A DNA stretch of 64,000 bases from Thermoanaerobaculia bacterium (GCA_035525285.1 DATLFB010000033.1:4365-68364); one strand, 5' to 3'; shown: positions 17,703-26,553, counted from the stretch's first letter. Numbers and translations: made by a program. Notes: a model not told the origin generated them from the sequence alone.

Positions 17703-18407
17703 CTACACTGGTGATGAGAAGTGCTCGAGCAGGAAAGGCTCCAAAAAGCCGAGCAGACTCGAAACGTCCGCTTCCGCGATCCTTGACCAGTCCGCATGCA
17801 TCGCAGCATTCCTCAATTTGACGTAGGACGCAACAATTGGCCCCTGTGCGCCGCCTAAAATCCCCTTTGATTTGAGCGCGTTCATGACGGCGTCCAACGT
17901 CTTGTTGCCGACCGCCAGATCGAGTTCTAGCGCCTTGCGCTTTAGAGCGTCTTCTAGCGCCGCCGACGCTAATACCGCGGCCACATCCTTGTATCCGGCT
18001 TTCAACTGCGTCCTGGCAAGCGCCACAAGATCGCCAATAACTACACCAGCGGCTTCGGTCGCGATGCTGTTGATCAAACCCAGTTCAATTTCTTCGGCCG
18101 TATTGCGAAGCACCGCATCCAACGATTCCGCGAACGACTGTATGCGTTTGTTTGTATAACCTAAAGGTGTCGAGAGCTTATGCATCTCCATGAGTGCCTT
18201 GATCTGTGGCGACGTCGAGCCGTATAGACTAGTCGCGATATTCAGTGCCCCGGCGAAAACAGCGTCCACTTCGGTGCGCGCGTCTGCTCTCCCAAGCTCG
18301 TGCGGGTTTGCAACTCGGCTTCGCAATTTCTGGATGCGCGTGAGGTATGCCTCACGGCGCTGCGATACATTCATGGGCGGAGAATATAGCACTTCACTCC
18401 TGTCCAA
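17703..18407 (-). CDS. HEPN-like (DUF4145-type) protein
   Basis: 234 aa in a lower-GC stretch. C-terminal ...KLRNAAMHADW fits the HEPN Rx4-6H motif. Confidence 0.4.
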   Translation of the reverse strand: MDRSEVLYSPPMNVSQRREAYLTRIQKLRSRVANPHELGRADARTEVDAVFAGALNIATSLYGSTSPQIKALMEMHKLSTPLGYTNKRIQSFAESLDAVLRNTAEEIELGLINSIATEAAGVVIGDLVALARTQLKAGYKDVAAVLASAALEDALKRKALELDLAVGNKTLDAVMNALKSKGILGGAQGPIVASYVKLRNAAMHADWSRIAEADVSSLLGFLEPFLLEHFSSPV

Positions 18408-18992
18408 ATTAGCTTTTGAGAAACAGCGCTCAGATGGGCGTCGCCCGCAAGAGAACGTCGCTGAGTCTCGTTTCCGGCCACGAAACCAGCCATGGACGCC
18501 ACTTTCCGAGGCTCTATCAGGCAGGACGGACGCGGTCCAGCCGGGCTGGCAATTTGGACAGCAGCCAAGGAAGGAAGGGGTCTCATCTCGCGAACGTTAC
18601 CGGAGCGTCGTGTTTTCAATAAGTTAGGAGCGCGATTTTGTCGATTCACAGCTAATTTGGACAGCAGTGATAGCACTTACGTCGGCCGACAAGGCCATTG
18701 GAGGTATAAATGAAACAGCCGACCAGACGGCTCAAAACTCGTCGGCCCAACAGCTTTTTCGTTCCACATCCCCATCCACCCTCGTAATCGGCAGATATTT
18801 TCTGTATAGGAGGCGCATGTGCCGCGCCACCCGGCCGTGTGATCGCCGGACGTCTTCTGTGGCTTGTGTCGACAGAGTATTTACGTTCTCGACCCGTCGG
18901 ACATGCGCGTCGGATTTGCGGCCGCCGCAGCGCTTCCGCGAGCGAACGACAATCATTTTTCGGCGCCGTCTGAAGCGCAAAACCGCGCGCGC

Positions 18993-19247
18993 CTACGGCG
19001 AGAGCCGCTCGATGATCCAATCCTTCGGCTCGCGCAATCGATACACGATGCGGTCGTGCAGGCGATCGGCTCTCCCCTGCCAGAACTCGACCGGGATCAC
19101 GCGGTAGCCACCCCAGTGCGGGGGGCGTGGGATCTGGCGGTCGCGGTACGTCGCTTCGAGCTCCGCGAAGCGGAGCTCGAGATCGACGCGGCCGTGGATG
19201 ACCGCGCTCTGGTTCGAGGCCCAGGCATTATCGGAGTCGTGTTTCAA
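18993..19247 (-). pseudogene. Duplicated 3' fragment of pdxH (last ~84 codons)
   Basis: Translation [77 protein letters not shown] is ~95% identical to the C-terminus of intact pdxH (19711..19960). The DNA forms a direct repeat of about 250 bp. Confidence 0.75.
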
Positions 19248-19429
19248 GGCTCTGGAATTGAAAGTGCGCGACAGATCCTGCGAGCGAGATGGTTCGGAGT
19301 TTCCTGGTGCCGCGGTACGGCTTCGATATGACCGGTCTGCGGATTACACCACAGTTCGTGCTCTTTCCCCTGGCGCTTGAGATAGCAGCCGTGCCGCCGC
19401 AGATGACGAAGGAGCTCGCGTTGTTTCAC
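19244..19429 (-). CDS. hicA: HicA family toxin (YcfA-like mRNA interferase)
   Basis: 61 aa; [41 protein letters not shown]. Confidence 0.75.
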   Translation of the reverse strand: MKQRELLRHLRRHGCYLKRQGKEHELWCNPQTGHIEAVPRHQETPNHLARRICRALSIPEP

Positions 19430-19641
19430 TCAACAACAACCGTCTCGCAAATCGCCGTTTCGGGAACACCACGAAGCGCGTCTTCGCGCCGGTCTTCAAG
19501 AATCAGCGCAATCGCTTCGGCAAGATTGGCGCGCGCTTCGCCGGTCGTTCGACCCTGCCCATTCGCGCCCGGGATCTCCGGGGAATAGGCGATGAACCAG
19601 TCTTCGTCGCGCTCGATGATTGCAGTGAATTCGTTGTGCAT
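19426..19641 (-). CDS. hicB: HicB family antitoxin (UPF0150)
   Basis: 71 aa; MHNEFTAIIERDEDWFIAYSPEIPGANGQGRTTGEARANLAEAIALILE. Overlaps hicA by 4 nt. Confidence 0.7.
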   Translation of the reverse strand: MHNEFTAIIERDEDWFIAYSPEIPGANGQGRTTGEARANLAEAIALILEDRREDALRGVPETAICETVVVE

Positions 19642-19710
19642 GGAGCTTCGATTCTACTCCGACTTCGAGGGTGACGATCGGCGACGGTAGCGCGGCGCGT
19701 CGCGCCGCCC

Positions 19711-20322
19711 TTACGGCGAAAGCCGCTCGATGATCCAGTCCTTCGGCTCGCGCAGGCGATACACGATGCGATCGTGCAGGCGATCGGCTCTCCCCTGCCA
19801 GAACTCGAACTCGACCGGGATCACGCGGTAGCCGCCCCAGTGCGGGGGGCGTGGGATCTGGCGGTCGCGGTACGTCGCTTCGAGCTCCGCGAAGCGGAGC
19901 TCGAGGTCGCCGCGGCCGTGGATGACCGCGCTCTGGTTCGAGGCCCAGGCGCCGAGCTGGCTGCCGCGCGGGCGGGTGGCGAAGTAGGCGTCGGATTCCT
20001 GTTCGGTCGTCTTCACCACCGCGCCTTCGATGCGCACCTGGCGGTCGAGGACCGGCCAGAAGAAACAGAGCGACAGGCGGGGGTTCTCGGTGATCTGCAC
20101 GCCCTTGGGGCTGTGATAGTTCGTGTAGAAGACGAATCCGTGCTCGTCGAAGTCCTTGAGCAGGCAGACGCGCGAGCGGACGATGCCGTCGGCGCCGCAC
20201 GTGGAGACCGTCATCGCTTCCGGCAGCTCGCGGATCTTCTGTCTGGCTTCCTCGAACCAGTGCGCGAACTGCGCGAACGGGCTTTTCTCGAGATCGCTCT
20301 CGAGCAACGCGGTTGTATTCAC
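19711..20322 (-). CDS. pdxH: Pyridoxamine 5'-phosphate oxidase
   Basis: ...VSTCGADGIVRSRVCLLKDFDEHGFVFYTNYHSPKG...RIEG...[15 protein letters not shown]... Confidence 0.85.
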   Translation of the reverse strand: MNTTALLESDLEKSPFAQFAHWFEEARQKIRELPEAMTVSTCGADGIVRSRVCLLKDFDEHGFVFYTNYHSPKGVQITENPRLSLCFFWPVLDRQVRIEGAVVKTTEQESDAYFATRPRGSQLGAWASNQSAVIHGRGDLELRFAELEATYRDRQIPRPPHWGGYRVIPVEFEFWQGRADRLHDRIVYRLREPKDWIIERLSP

Positions 20323-21002
20323 GAAACACTCCTCTCACGCAGCAGGCGCTCGATCTTGCGGAGGACACGCAGCGACTCGGCGTGCGGCATGAGCGCGGCC
20401 GCCGGGTCGAGCGCGACCCAGGCGAGCTCGTTCGACTCGCCGCGGTCGATGGTGATGGCATCGGGGCTCGACGTGCGTGCGAGATATCGCACGTCGAAGT
20501 GATCGTGGTCCGGCTCATGGCGCGCCGCGGGGATTTTGTGGATGTCGAGATCGAAGATGGCCGTGGCGCTGGCGCGGATTGAGGATTGAGGATTGAGGAT
20601 GGCGCTGGCGCGGATTGAGGATTGAGGATTGAGGATAGCGCTGGCGCGGATTGAGGATTGAGGATTGAGGATTGAGGAAGGAGGGAGCAGCTCGAGATCG
20701 GTGAGGCCCGACTCCTCGGCGCCCTCGCGGAGCGCGGCGGCATCGGGCGTTTCATCGCCTTCGACGTGCCCGCCCATCTGCAGCCAGCGATCGAGGCGGC
20801 GGTGATGATGGAGGAGCAGGCGGCCGCCGTCATCGATGATGAAGCAGCTCGCGGTGACGTGTCCCGGCGCGAAGTGCGCGCGCGAGAAGGGCTCGGCGGC
20901 GTCGCGCACGAGATCGAGCATCGCATGGCGATGCCCCGCCTCGAGCTCGTCGGCGGGCTCGTAGGCTCGGAGCTCTTCGAATAGTCGCGCGGCGCGGGAC
21001 AT
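20319..21002 (-). CDS. NUDIX hydrolase with an internal 3 x 13-aa tandem repeat
   Basis: Start at MSRAARLFEEL (ATG 21002). Nudix box GGHVEGDETPDAAALREGAEESGL. The ORF-track extension to 22256 is antisense to the kinase gene. Confidence 0.8.
   Translation of the reverse strand: MSRAARLFEELRAYEPADELEAGHRHAMLDLVRDAAEPFSRAHFAPGHVTASCFIIDDGGRLLLHHHRRLDRWLQMGGHVEGDETPDAAALREGAEESGLTDLELLPPSSILNPQSSIRASAILNPQSSIRASAILNPQSSIRASATAIFDLDIHKIPAARHEPDHDHFDVRYLARTSSPDAITIDRGESNELAWVALDPAAALMPHAESLRVLRKIERLLRERSVS
20571..20690. repeat. Direct tandem repeat, 3 x 39 bp (ggcgctggcgcggattgaggattgaggattgaggat), inside the NUDIX CDS
   Basis: In-frame. Encodes (ILNPQSSIRASA)x3 between the Nudix box and the C-terminal region. 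The unit itself contains (GATTGAG)x3. Confidence 0.85.
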
Positions 21003-21436
21003 CACTTCGATGGGAACCAATGATAGAGGAAGAAGTACACCAGCACGCCGGTGATCGAAACGTACATCCAGAGCGGGAAGGTCCAGCGCGCGACGCGGCG
21101 GTGCTGCGGGACGCGCATCTTCAGGCCGTTCCAGACGCTGAGGATGGCCAGCGGAACGATGATCACGGCGAGGATCGTGTGCGAGGTGAGGATGGTCAGG
21201 TAGAGCGTGCGCATCGCACCCGTTCCCGCGAAGCGCGTGACCACGCCGCCCTTGAGGTAGTGGTAGGTGACGTAGCACGCGAGGAACGCGAGCGATGTGA
21301 AGCAGGCCGCGAGCATGAAGCGGCGGTGTGCCTGAATGCGTTTCTTTCGAATCAACACGTACGCGGTCAGCAGCCAGACGCCGCTGAGGGCGTTGAGCGA
21401 GGCGTTGAGCGGGGGGAAGAGGTCGAGCAGGTGCAT
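21002..21436 (-). CDS. DUF420 family membrane protein
   Basis: 144 aa, 4 TM; ...HRRFMLAACFTSLAFLACYVTYHY... Stop overlaps the NUDIX start. Confidence 0.6.
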   Translation of the reverse strand: MHLLDLFPPLNASLNALSGVWLLTAYVLIRKKRIQAHRRFMLAACFTSLAFLACYVTYHYLKGGVVTRFAGTGAMRTLYLTILTSHTILAVIIVPLAILSVWNGLKMRVPQHRRVARWTFPLWMYVSITGVLVYFFLYHWFPSK

Positions 21437-21467
21437 GAAAATGACGCGCTATCATACGCGGACGCGG

Positions 21468-23129
21468 ATGAAATGCCCCGATTGCGGAGTCGAGCTCGAG
21501 GACGGCTCGCTCGTCTGCCCTCAGTGCGCCACGCAGGTCGCGACCGAGCCGCGGACGCTGCGCACGCCCTCTCCATCGAACGAGCCCTCCGCCGTTCCCT
21601 CGCTTCCCGGCTACGACATCGAGTCGGTCCTCGGCGAGGGCGGAATGGGCGTGGTCGTTCTCGCACGCGAGCGCGCGCTCGACCGGCGCGTAGCGATCAA
21701 GTTCATGGCCACACGCGAGCACGATGCCGGTGCGGTCGAGCGCTTCCTGCGCGAGGCACGCGTCGCGGCGACGATCGAGCATCCACACGTCGTGCGCATC
21801 TACAGCTACGGAGAGAGCTCGGGACGGCCGTACATCGTGATGCAGTACGTGGAGGGAGAGACGCTCGCACGGCGCATCCGGCGCCGGGGAGCGCTTCCGA
21901 TCGATCAGGCGTTGCGCATCACGCGGCAAACGGCCGAGGCGCTGCGCGCGGCCTGGGAGAAGAACGTCGTCCATCGTGACGTGAAGCCGTCGAACATCCT
22001 GCTCGACGCACGCGGACAAGCACACGTGGCCGACTTCGGACTGGCCAAGCCGCTCGAGGCCGGCGACAGCAGCCTGACCGTGAGCGGCTCCTTCGTCGGG
22101 ACGCCGTACTACATCTCGCCGGAACAGGCCGAAGGGAAGTCTCTCGATTTTCGCGCCGACCTCTACTCCCTCGGCATCATCCTGTACGAGATGCTCACCG
22201 GCGAGCGGCCGTTCGACGGGAGCACGCCCGTCGCGATCGTCGCGAAGCATCTGCACGAACCGTTTCCCGAGGTGCGGCGATTGCGGTCCGACCTTCCGCG
22301 CGAGGTCGAGATGCTACTCGCGTCGATGACCGCGAAGTCGCCCGACGCGCGTCCGTATTCGCACGGCGCGCTTCTCAAGATGCTCGACGATGCGGCGCGA
22401 GCTCGCGCGTTGCGTAGCAGGTACCGATTCCGCGCCGGAGCCGCGGCAGCGGTTGCAATCTGTGTGTTGCTCGCCGGCGCCGCGTTTGTTTTCCGCGCGA
22501 CGAGGCCCGCGCCGCCGGCCGCGGAGCCGAGGCCAACGATCGCGGCAATCCCGGCAAGCACCGTGGACGTGATCGAGGTTGCACCGACGACCACTCCTCT
22601 CCCGTCACCGCCGCGTCTTCTGTGGCCGGCGGACATCGGCATGGTCGATCCGCCGAATCTCAATCTCGACTGGGCGCTGCTTCGCGATGCCGCCGCATAC
22701 CGCGTGCAGGTTGCGGGCGACGGCGCGTTCCAGGAGATCATCGCCGATGTTCGTCCGGGAGTGCCGCCCGCCGTCATTCCGGTGAAAGGAGGGCGTGTCT
22801 ATCACTGGCGCGTCGCGTCGATCGATTCAGCGGGACGGCAGGGGGAGTATTCGCCGTCGCGCCGCGCCGTGGTCACTGCCGCGGCGCCGATTCTGCTCAC
22901 GCCGGACGGTGCCGTGTTTCGCGAGACTGTGACTCTCGAATGGGAGCCGGTGCCGGAGGCCGTGGCATACGTGGTGCGCGTCGACGACGGATTCGAGCGG
23001 CGGACGATGGATACGCGTCTGAAAGCCGCAGTGACCGGGGGCGGCGTCCACCGCTGGCAGGTCGCTTCGGTCGATCGGCGGGACATCGTCGGCACGTTCT
23101 CCAGGCGCCGCCGGTTCGAGATCAAGTGA
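21468..23129 (+). CDS. Ser/Thr protein kinase with N-terminal zinc ribbon, one TM helix and an extracytoplasmic repeat domain
   Basis: MKCPDCGVELEDGSLVCPQCAT; kinase motifs VAIKFM...HRDVKPSNILLD...DFGLAK...GTPYYISPE; TM AAAAVAICVLLAGAAFVF; C-terminal ~200 aa with repeated W..V..D-type beta-rich segments. Confidence 0.8.
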   Translation: MKCPDCGVELEDGSLVCPQCATQVATEPRTLRTPSPSNEPSAVPSLPGYDIESVLGEGGMGVVVLARERALDRRVAIKFMATREHDAGAVERFLREARVAATIEHPHVVRIYSYGESSGRPYIVMQYVEGETLARRIRRRGALPIDQALRITRQTAEALRAAWEKNVVHRDVKPSNILLDARGQAHVADFGLAKPLEAGDSSLTVSGSFVGTPYYISPEQAEGKSLDFRADLYSLGIILYEMLTGERPFDGSTPVAIVAKHLHEPFPEVRRLRSDLPREVEMLLASMTAKSPDARPYSHGALLKMLDDAARARALRSRYRFRAGAAAAVAICVLLAGAAFVFRATRPAPPAAEPRPTIAAIPASTVDVIEVAPTTTPLPSPPRLLWPADIGMVDPPNLNLDWALLRDAAAYRVQVAGDGAFQEIIADVRPGVPPAVIPVKGGRVYHWRVASIDSAGRQGEYSPSRRAVVTAAAPILLTPDGAVFRETVTLEWEPVPEAVAYVVRVDDGFERRTMDTRLKAAVTGGGVHRWQVASVDRRDIVGTFSRRRRFEIK

Positions 23130-23136
23130 AGCGCGG

Positions 23137-23772
23137 CTATTCGCGCACCAATGCCACGACGACCTTCGCGACTTCGTCCGTCACCGAGCCGTCGGTCGCG
23201 TCGTAGTATCCGCGGATCACGCCGTCCTTGTCCGCGACCGCGAATTTCGAGCTGTGCAGGAGCGGATCGCCCCCTGGGCCGGGATCGCCGGCGGAAAGCT
23301 TGAAGCCTTCGACGGAGAGTCTGACGATGTCGTCGCGGCTGCCGGTGAGGAACGTCCAGCGGTCATCGTTGCGGACGCGTTTCGCGTACGCGGCGAGGAC
23401 CGCGGGCGTGTCGCGCGACGGGTCGATGCTGATCGAGACGAAGCGCACCGCGGCGTCCTTGTCGATCTTCGCCGTGAGCGCGCGCATGTTGTTCGTCATG
23501 ATCGGACACGTGCCCTGGCAGTTCGTGAAGATGAAGTCGTAGACCGCGACGCTGCCTTTCATCGATGCGAGATCGACCGTCTTCCCGCGTTCGTCGACGA
23601 GCTTCATCTCCGGAACGGGATAGAGCCTCGGAAGATCGATCTTCGGCTGACAGGCGACCGCGACGAGGATGAGAATGAGTGTCAGCCCGAGCGTGAGCGA
23701 GGCACGCGCATGCCGCCCCGCCCGCCCAGGTCCCTCGCTGCGCTCGGGATGACAACACTTATGGACGGGCAT
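23137..23772 (-). CDS. SCO1/SenC family copper chaperone (thioredoxin fold)
   Basis: Signal/lipobox ...LILVAVAC; CxxxC motif FIFTNCQGTCP; last gene of the oxidase operon. Confidence 0.75.
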   Translation of the reverse strand: MPVHKCCHPERSEGPGRAGRHARASLTLGLTLILILVAVACQPKIDLPRLYPVPEMKLVDERGKTVDLASMKGSVAVYDFIFTNCQGTCPIMTNNMRALTAKIDKDAAVRFVSISIDPSRDTPAVLAAYAKRVRNDDRWTFLTGSRDDIVRLSVEGFKLSAGDPGPGGDPLLHSSKFAVADKDGVIRGYYDATDGSVTDEVAKVVVALVRE

Positions 23773-24688
23773 TGATCACGAGCAGCAGCATCACCGTGAG
23801 GAGATAGAGGTTCGAGACCATGAACACGGTGCGCGCGTTGCGCACGCTGCGGTCGAAGAAGAAGCGGATCGTGGTCGCGAGGAGCACGGCGCCGGCGGCG
23901 AGCGCGCCGATGAGATAGACGGCGCCGGTCATGCCGAGGAGCGAGGGAGCGGCGCTGATCGGAATCAGGGCGAGCGTGTAGAGGATCGCCTGGCGCGCCA
24001 CGGCGGTGCCGTTCGCGTCGCGCACGGCGAGCATCGCAAATCCGCCGCGCGCGTAGTCGGCGCGGTACATCCAGCTGATGGCCATAAAGTGCGGGAGCTG
24101 CCAGAGGAAGAGGATGCCGAAGATGATCCATCCTCCGATGGCCAGCTCGTTCGTCGCCGCCGTCCAGCCCATGAGCGGCGGGATCGCGCCGGGGATCGCG
24201 CCGATGAGCGTGCAGATCGTGTGCACGCGCTTGAGCGGCGTGTAGACGAAGATGTAGCTCGTGAGCGTGAACGCGCCGAGGGCGGCGGTGAGCCAGTTCA
24301 CGGCGAAGGCGAGATAGAGCGTGCCGAGGATGGCGATCGCGGTGGAGAAGACGAGCGCGGCGCGCGGGGTGATGCGGCCCGCTGGAAGGGGGCGCGTCCG
24401 CGTGCGATGCATCTTCGCGTCGAGCTCGCGCTCGACGTATTGATTGAGCGCGTTCGTGCCGGCGGCGACGAGGGCGGTGCCCACGAGCGTGTGCAGCAGG
24501 AGGAGCGGATCGACGTGCGGCGCGGCGAAGAGGTAGCCGGCGGCGGTCGTGATCAGGACCATGAGGACGATGCGGGATTTGGAGAGCTCGAGGTAGGCCC
24601 TCACCCGCCGCGGAGCCTGCCCTGAGCCGGGCCGAAGGGCGCCACCCTCTCCCGCAAGCGGGAGAGGGGACTGGAAGGCGACGCTCAT
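23759..24688 (-). CDS. ctaB: Protoheme IX farnesyltransferase (heme O synthase)
   Basis: Start at MSVAFQ (ATG 24688). ...NQYVERELDAKMHRTRTRPLPAG...YTPLKR... UbiA-family motifs. The ORF-track extension to 25762 is a fusion artefact. Confidence 0.85.
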   Translation of the reverse strand: MSVAFQSPLPLAGEGGALRPGSGQAPRRVRAYLELSKSRIVLMVLITTAAGYLFAAPHVDPLLLLHTLVGTALVAAGTNALNQYVERELDAKMHRTRTRPLPAGRITPRAALVFSTAIAILGTLYLAFAVNWLTAALGAFTLTSYIFVYTPLKRVHTICTLIGAIPGAIPPLMGWTAATNELAIGGWIIFGILFLWQLPHFMAISWMYRADYARGGFAMLAVRDANGTAVARQAILYTLALIPISAAPSLLGMTGAVYLIGALAAGAVLLATTIRFFFDRSVRNARTVFMVSNLYLLTVMLLLVINARP

Positions 24689-25659
24689 GCGGGCACCTCG
24701 ATGAGAGCGGGCGTCGGCGCCGTCTTTCGCCAGGCCAGCGTGCGCGTGGTGAGGGTCAGGATCAAAGACAGGGCGAGTGTCGACGCACCGAGCATCACGT
24801 GGAGGCTGGTGATGTGCGGCTGGCGGCCGCTCCAGATCACGTAGCCGCCGAGGAGGATCTGCGCGCTCACGACGATCACCAGCAGATGAGAGAGAAAGCG
24901 CAGCGGATGCTCGCGGTCGTAGCGAAAGAGGCGGACCGCCATCGCGATCACCGCGAGGGCGACCACGAGTCCGCCCACGCGATGCACGTACGCGGCGACG
25001 ATCTGGTGGTTCGCGAGCTCGGGGATCCAGCGGCCGAAGGAGCGCGGGAAGTCGGGAATCGCGAGTCCGGCCTCGAAGTGGCGCATCACCGCGCCGGCGA
25101 GAATCTGCGCGTACACGATGGCCGTGAGTCCCGTCGCCATCGCGACCGGCGCGTCGCCCTTTTCCATCTTCCGCAGCTCGCCGTAGCCGCGCGAGGTGAA
25201 AAACGCGATGGCGATGTTGAGGCAGAAGAAGATCTCGGCGAGCGCGGCGTGCGAGATGGAGATCGCTTTCGGCAGCAGGAAGATCACGGTCAGTCCGCCG
25301 AGAAGTCCCTGCACGACGACGGCAGCGAGGGAGAGCCAGCCGAGGATGCGCACGAAGCGCTTCGGCTCGCGGCGCTGCAGCCAGAGCGCCTGGATGATGC
25401 AGAGGAAGCCGACGGTCGAGGCGATGAGGCGATGGCCGTGCTCGTAGAAGATCCCGCCGACCATCTTGCTCAGCGGGAACGAGAACATGAACCAGCCGTA
25501 GGTGTTGGGCCAGTCGGGCACGGCGAGGCCGGAGCCGGTCGAGGTGACCATCGCGCCGGCGAAGATCAGAAAGAGCGTCGACGCAGCCACGAGTTTGGTG
25601 AAGCGGCGCAGCCAGCGCGGCGTTTGTTCGTCGTAGGGGTGGATTCGGATTTCTTTCAT
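24685..25659 (-). CDS. ctaA: Heme A synthase (COX15/CtaA)
   Basis: Start at MKEIRIHPY (ATG 25659). ...FYEHGHRLIAS...multiple TM with conserved His pairs. The N-terminal 32 aa in the ORF track come from hairpin 25678-25775. Confidence 0.8.
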   Translation of the reverse strand: MKEIRIHPYDEQTPRWLRRFTKLVAASTLFLIFAGAMVTSTGSGLAVPDWPNTYGWFMFSFPLSKMVGGIFYEHGHRLIASTVGFLCIIQALWLQRREPKRFVRILGWLSLAAVVVQGLLGGLTVIFLLPKAISISHAALAEIFFCLNIAIAFFTSRGYGELRKMEKGDAPVAMATGLTAIVYAQILAGAVMRHFEAGLAIPDFPRSFGRWIPELANHQIVAAYVHRVGGLVVALAVIAMAVRLFRYDREHPLRFLSHLLVIVVSAQILLGGYVIWSGRQPHITSLHVMLGASTLALSLILTLTTRTLAWRKTAPTPALIEVPA

Positions 25660-25677
25660 GGAGGTATGAGGTGAATC

Positions 25678-25775
25678 GAGTTGAGAAAATTGAAAATTGA
25701 AAATTGAAAATTGAAAAAAGAGCGAACGGGCCCGTGCTGCGGCCTCCTTTTTCAATTTTCAATTTTCAATTTCAC
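25678..25775. repeat. Heptamer-tandem hairpin, family A (AAATTGA)x4 ... (TCAATTT)x3
   Basis: gagaaaattgaaaattgaaaattgaaaattgaaaaaagagcgaacgggcccgtgctgcggcctcctttttcaattttcaattttcaatttcac. Between coxB and ctaA inside the operon. Confidence 0.85.
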
Positions 25776-25782
25776 ATTGGCG

Positions 25783-26553
25783 CTATCCCGAGATACTCGC
25801 AACCACCGGCGTCTGCCCCGCCATCCACTTGTCGAAGTCCGCTTTCGGCTGCACGTGATAGCGGCCCCGCATGCGGTAGTGGCCGAGGCCGCAGAGTTGC
25901 GCGCAGGCGATCTCCCAGACGTCGCTTTCGGCGCTCGCCTTGACGGGCGTGAAGTGTACCGGAACTTCCATGCCCGGTGTCGCGTCCTGCTTCACGCGCA
26001 TGTACGGGAGGCCGAAGCTGTGGATGACGTCCTTCGAGCTGATGCGCACGATGACCGGACGGTTGAGCTGGAGGCGCAGATCGTTGATCGTGGCGATGTC
26101 GTCCTTCGCGTGCGGATCGCTCGGATCGATGCCGAGCGGATTCGACGTCGTCACGAACTTCACGCTGGTCCTGCCGAAAATGTTGTCGGGGCCGGGATAG
26201 TGGACGTTCCACGCGAACTGCTCGGCCACGACGCGCACGACGAGCGGGTTCTTCGCCGGATCGGGCGGCTTGGTCCACTGGTACCACAGCGGAATCGAGA
26301 AGCCGACCAGGAGGATGACTTCGACGACCGCGATCCCCGCCTCGGCATACGTCGAGATGTGCGAGTGCGTACCGTGATAGATCGCCTTCGGATGCTTCGA
26401 CGCGCGGAAGCGGACGATCATGTAGAGGAACAGCAGCATCCAGGCGACGAACAGAAACAGCATCAGCCAGTGCACGTTGGCGTTCAGGCGATCGAGAGCC
26501 GCGCCGTGCTCGGAGTAGTCCGGAGGCATGTAGCGGGCGAGGTAATCCCTCAT
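25783..26553 (-). CDS. coxB: Cytochrome c oxidase subunit II (CuA)
   Basis: ...DVIHSFGLPYMRVKQD...EIACAQLCGLGHYRMRG (CuA Cx3CGx2Hx2M). Confidence 0.85.
   Translation of the reverse strand: MRDYLARYMPPDYSEHGAALDRLNANVHWLMLFLFVAWMLLFLYMIVRFRASKHPKAIYHGTHSHISTYAEAGIAVVEVILLVGFSIPLWYQWTKPPDPAKNPLVVRVVAEQFAWNVHYPGPDNIFGRTSVKFVTTSNPLGIDPSDPHAKDDIATINDLRLQLNRPVIVRISSKDVIHSFGLPYMRVKQDATPGMEVPVHFTPVKASAESDVWEIACAQLCGLGHYRMRGRYHVQPKADFDKWMAGQTPVVASISG

Noticed and set aside
20319-22256. ORF-track 645-aa NUDIX ORF and 19496..20926 (476 aa)
   Set aside because: Only the C-terminal 227 aa (20319..21002) form the NUDIX protein. Upstream it runs antisense through the DUF420 and kinase genes. 19496..20926 is antisense to pdxH/NUDIX.
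23759-25762. 667-aa ORF fusing ctaB with upstream sequence; also 24089..24625 and 24799..25674 (+)
   Set aside because: ctaB starts at ATG 24688. The rest overlaps ctaA in another frame. Plus-strand ORFs are antisense to ctaA/ctaB.
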